In this document: positions 61,821 to 64,000 of the stretch, piece by piece
How positions within the stretch are numbered: the first letter of the stretch is position 1
Layout: each line of letters begins with the position of its first letter
Assembly: GCA_000708835.1 (NCBI GenBank)
Contig: DF237015.1
Span: 1-64,000 of the forward strand
From: Klebsormidium nitens
Lineage: Eukaryota; Plantae; Klebsormidiophyceae
DNA: 64,000 bases
Direction: 5' to 3'
The notes under the pieces: model-generated
The model's input: the letters and a program-made list of their open reading frames with translations, nothing else
What the model was told of the DNA's origin: nothing
Database searches by the model: none
Translations under genes and position numbers: made by a program

Positions 61821-64000
61821 ATGGCGGCAGCTTTTGCAGTCAGCCTTGGCTTCGGGTTCTGCTCAGGTGTCGCGTTCATTGCAGGCCTCAGCTACTTCCA
61901 GAAGAAGCGGGCCAAGCAGCGTATGAACAGAGTAGGTTCCCGGACCAGGACACATTGTGCAGTTTCCTTGAGAGTTATGTTGAGAATATCTTCTAGCTTG
62001 AAGCAACAAGTGGCTGACTCGTGCGAATCAGGATTTCAAGCGGTTGAGCAGCAATTTGCAAGTCAGTGGTTCGCTGGCCATCAGTAGAACAAAAGCATCC
62101 TTGTAGAGAGTGAGGGTACCTTGAATTCAATTCAAGGGCGCTGGACCTTTAGTGGGCCAACGATTTGTGAAATATACATTCCTGTTCCTGTATGAAATTG
62201 GGTTCCCTTGTGAATATTGTTCACAGGCATCAGTTTGTAGTGCATAACAAATGCAAGGATGGAGTGAGTATTCTAATCAAGTGCCTGAACACGGTCCTTT
62301 GCAGGCTGTAGCAATTGCGGCGCTCAATCTTTTAGATCAGGACGACATCAAGAAGCTGATGAAGACAGACCTCATTCCGCAATGGGTGCAATTTCCTGAA
62401 ATGGAGCGGGTGAGCGTTTTCCCTTGGAAGAAAGCAAGCAAACAGTCTTGTATATCAGTGGGTGGGTCGTGTATAGTGTAACTTGCTCATTGTTTGCGAA
62501 GCACAATTTCCAGACAAGGCAGCTGCAAACTGCCTTCTTGACTGGCAGGTCCAAGCCTTCAAAACTGCCATGGGACATCAAGTGTAAAACGCAAGCCTGA
62601 GCGAGAGTCTCAAGCCTTTACCTGCGCAGGTTCACTGGCTGAACAAGGAGCTCCGTGAGATCTGGCCTTATGTGAACAAGGTGCGGCATCCACTATCCAG
62701 AAAAGCTTTGCTATGCTTGCCCTTCAAGATGGTGGAACGATTGCTGGTGTTTGAGAGTAGGATTGCGCTTAGATGTTCAATGTTGTGGGAGTTCGTTTAT
62801 CTGATTGACATAGTCGTTGGTTCACCTGCTTTAGACTTACATTGTCAAACTCATGCCCCACACAGAGCAAGTGGAATCCGACTTCAGTGAGGAACAGAAT
62901 TATCTCTTGATTGGAGAAGACAATGGAAGGGAGGGGTCCTTCATTCTCATACGGCGTCTTCTCATGAGCTAGGACTCGCCCGGGGTTGTCAAACCACTGG
63001 CCACCATCTGCCAAGTTGGCAGACCCGTTAACCACAGAGTTTCTTACAGGTCAAATGGTGATGTTCATTGCAGGCCGCTTCTGCCATCATCAAGGAACAA
63101 GTGGAGCCCATTCTGAAACAGTATAAGCCCCCAGTCTTTCTGTCAATCAAGTTCAACAAGGTGAGAAAGGATTGTCTATGGTGCCCAGACTTCCTGAAGA
63201 GCCCCGGTCTGGCTGCATTCGTCCTCAGGCTTTTACGCCATGTACTGGACAAGAACAGAACAGCGCGCACCACGTTATGCACCTACTCAAATGTGCTCAG
63301 GGGTTTGTCCGAGTTTCGATTATCAGTCCATACATGCTCATGTCACTGACATAGTTGTGTCTCGACTCGCGCAGCTCACGCTGGGAACCATCGCTCCACA
63401 AATAGCAGGTACGTATCTTGATGCTATCAGGTATCGGCCAGTCACCCTTCTGTACCTGTTATTAATTTTCAGTTGCGAACTAGTCATAGGAGTGTCCAGA
63501 GGAATGATGTCCACTTCAATGTGAGGCAACACCAAACAGAAGGCTAGAACAAAATGTTTGACGTTTGCAGTCCTCAGTCGCCCACGTTCTCTTGAAAGCA
63601 ATTCAAGTGTTCTTGAGCCACGATGTTACTTGTCCATGGAGAATTTGTTGGTGAAGCTGAGACGAACGGAGCTGAAATCATCTTATGCTGCCACGATCAA
63701 ATTTCGCAGGACCACGATCTTTCTGAATATGTTATGAATGCTCCAGAAGCATTACACAGTTACTTCCGAGCAACTCAGCATTCCATGGTAACGTAGTCTA
63801 CCATAGTTCGTCTCCACTCAGCAGCAGACTGACTTGATCTACCTTGATGTTCTTCTTCACTGGATCCGGCAGGATGCTGGGAAGAAGCTGTCGGGTAAAT
63901 AACTCAAGCGGCAGACAGTACACACGCCTAAAAGGTGGCACACGGCTGACTGCAGGTGTGAAGGTGGTCGAGACCGACGAGGAGGAGATCATTTTGGAGG
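61821..64000 (+). CDS. Synaptotagmin / extended-synaptotagmin (N-terminal TM + SMP domain; SYT4/5- or CLB1-like), 5' part only
   Basis: Exons: 61821-61931, 62305-62409, 62630-62680, 63074-63160, 63375-63408, 63956->64000. Sequence: PQWVQFPEMER|VHWLNKELREIWPYVNK|AASAIIKEQVEPILKQY...FNK|LTLGTIAPQIAG|VKVV. Confidence 0.92.

Noticed and set aside
664-64000. Functional gene cluster (membrane channels plus transcription factors)
   Set aside because: The genes are unrelated housekeeping and signalling families, with no shared pathway that would support a cluster.

Overview
Intron-rich eukaryotic genomic DNA. The gene content, codon style and GT-AG introns suggest a streptophyte alga such as Klebsormidium (inference). 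I assembled ten spliced genes by hand, and they alternate strand perfectly: MSL1-like MscS channel (-), Spt7-like bromodomain + histone-fold protein (+), ATL RING-H2 E3 ligase (-), Tweety-like 5-TM protein (+), type-A response regulator (-), snurportin-1 (+), XPB helicase (-), PHD-finger protein (+), DUF599 protein (-), and an SMP-domain synaptotagmin (+, truncated by the window end). Main highlights: (1) a candidate mutually exclusive pair of transmembrane exons in the ATL ligase; (2) many decayed duplicates of exon-intron junctions ('splice-junction echoes') inside introns of MSL1, the Tweety-like gene and XPB, which may be the process that produced (1); (3) a plant-type protein that appears to retain the fungal Spt7 bromodomain; (4) a dense GTAC + TGA(C/G)TCA motif module between the response regulator and snurportin; (5) a GC-AG intron in XPB; (6) CpG-poor 5' gene ends. 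All family assignments come from recalled motifs; no database search was run. I found no tRNA, rRNA, CRISPR array or intact transposon.
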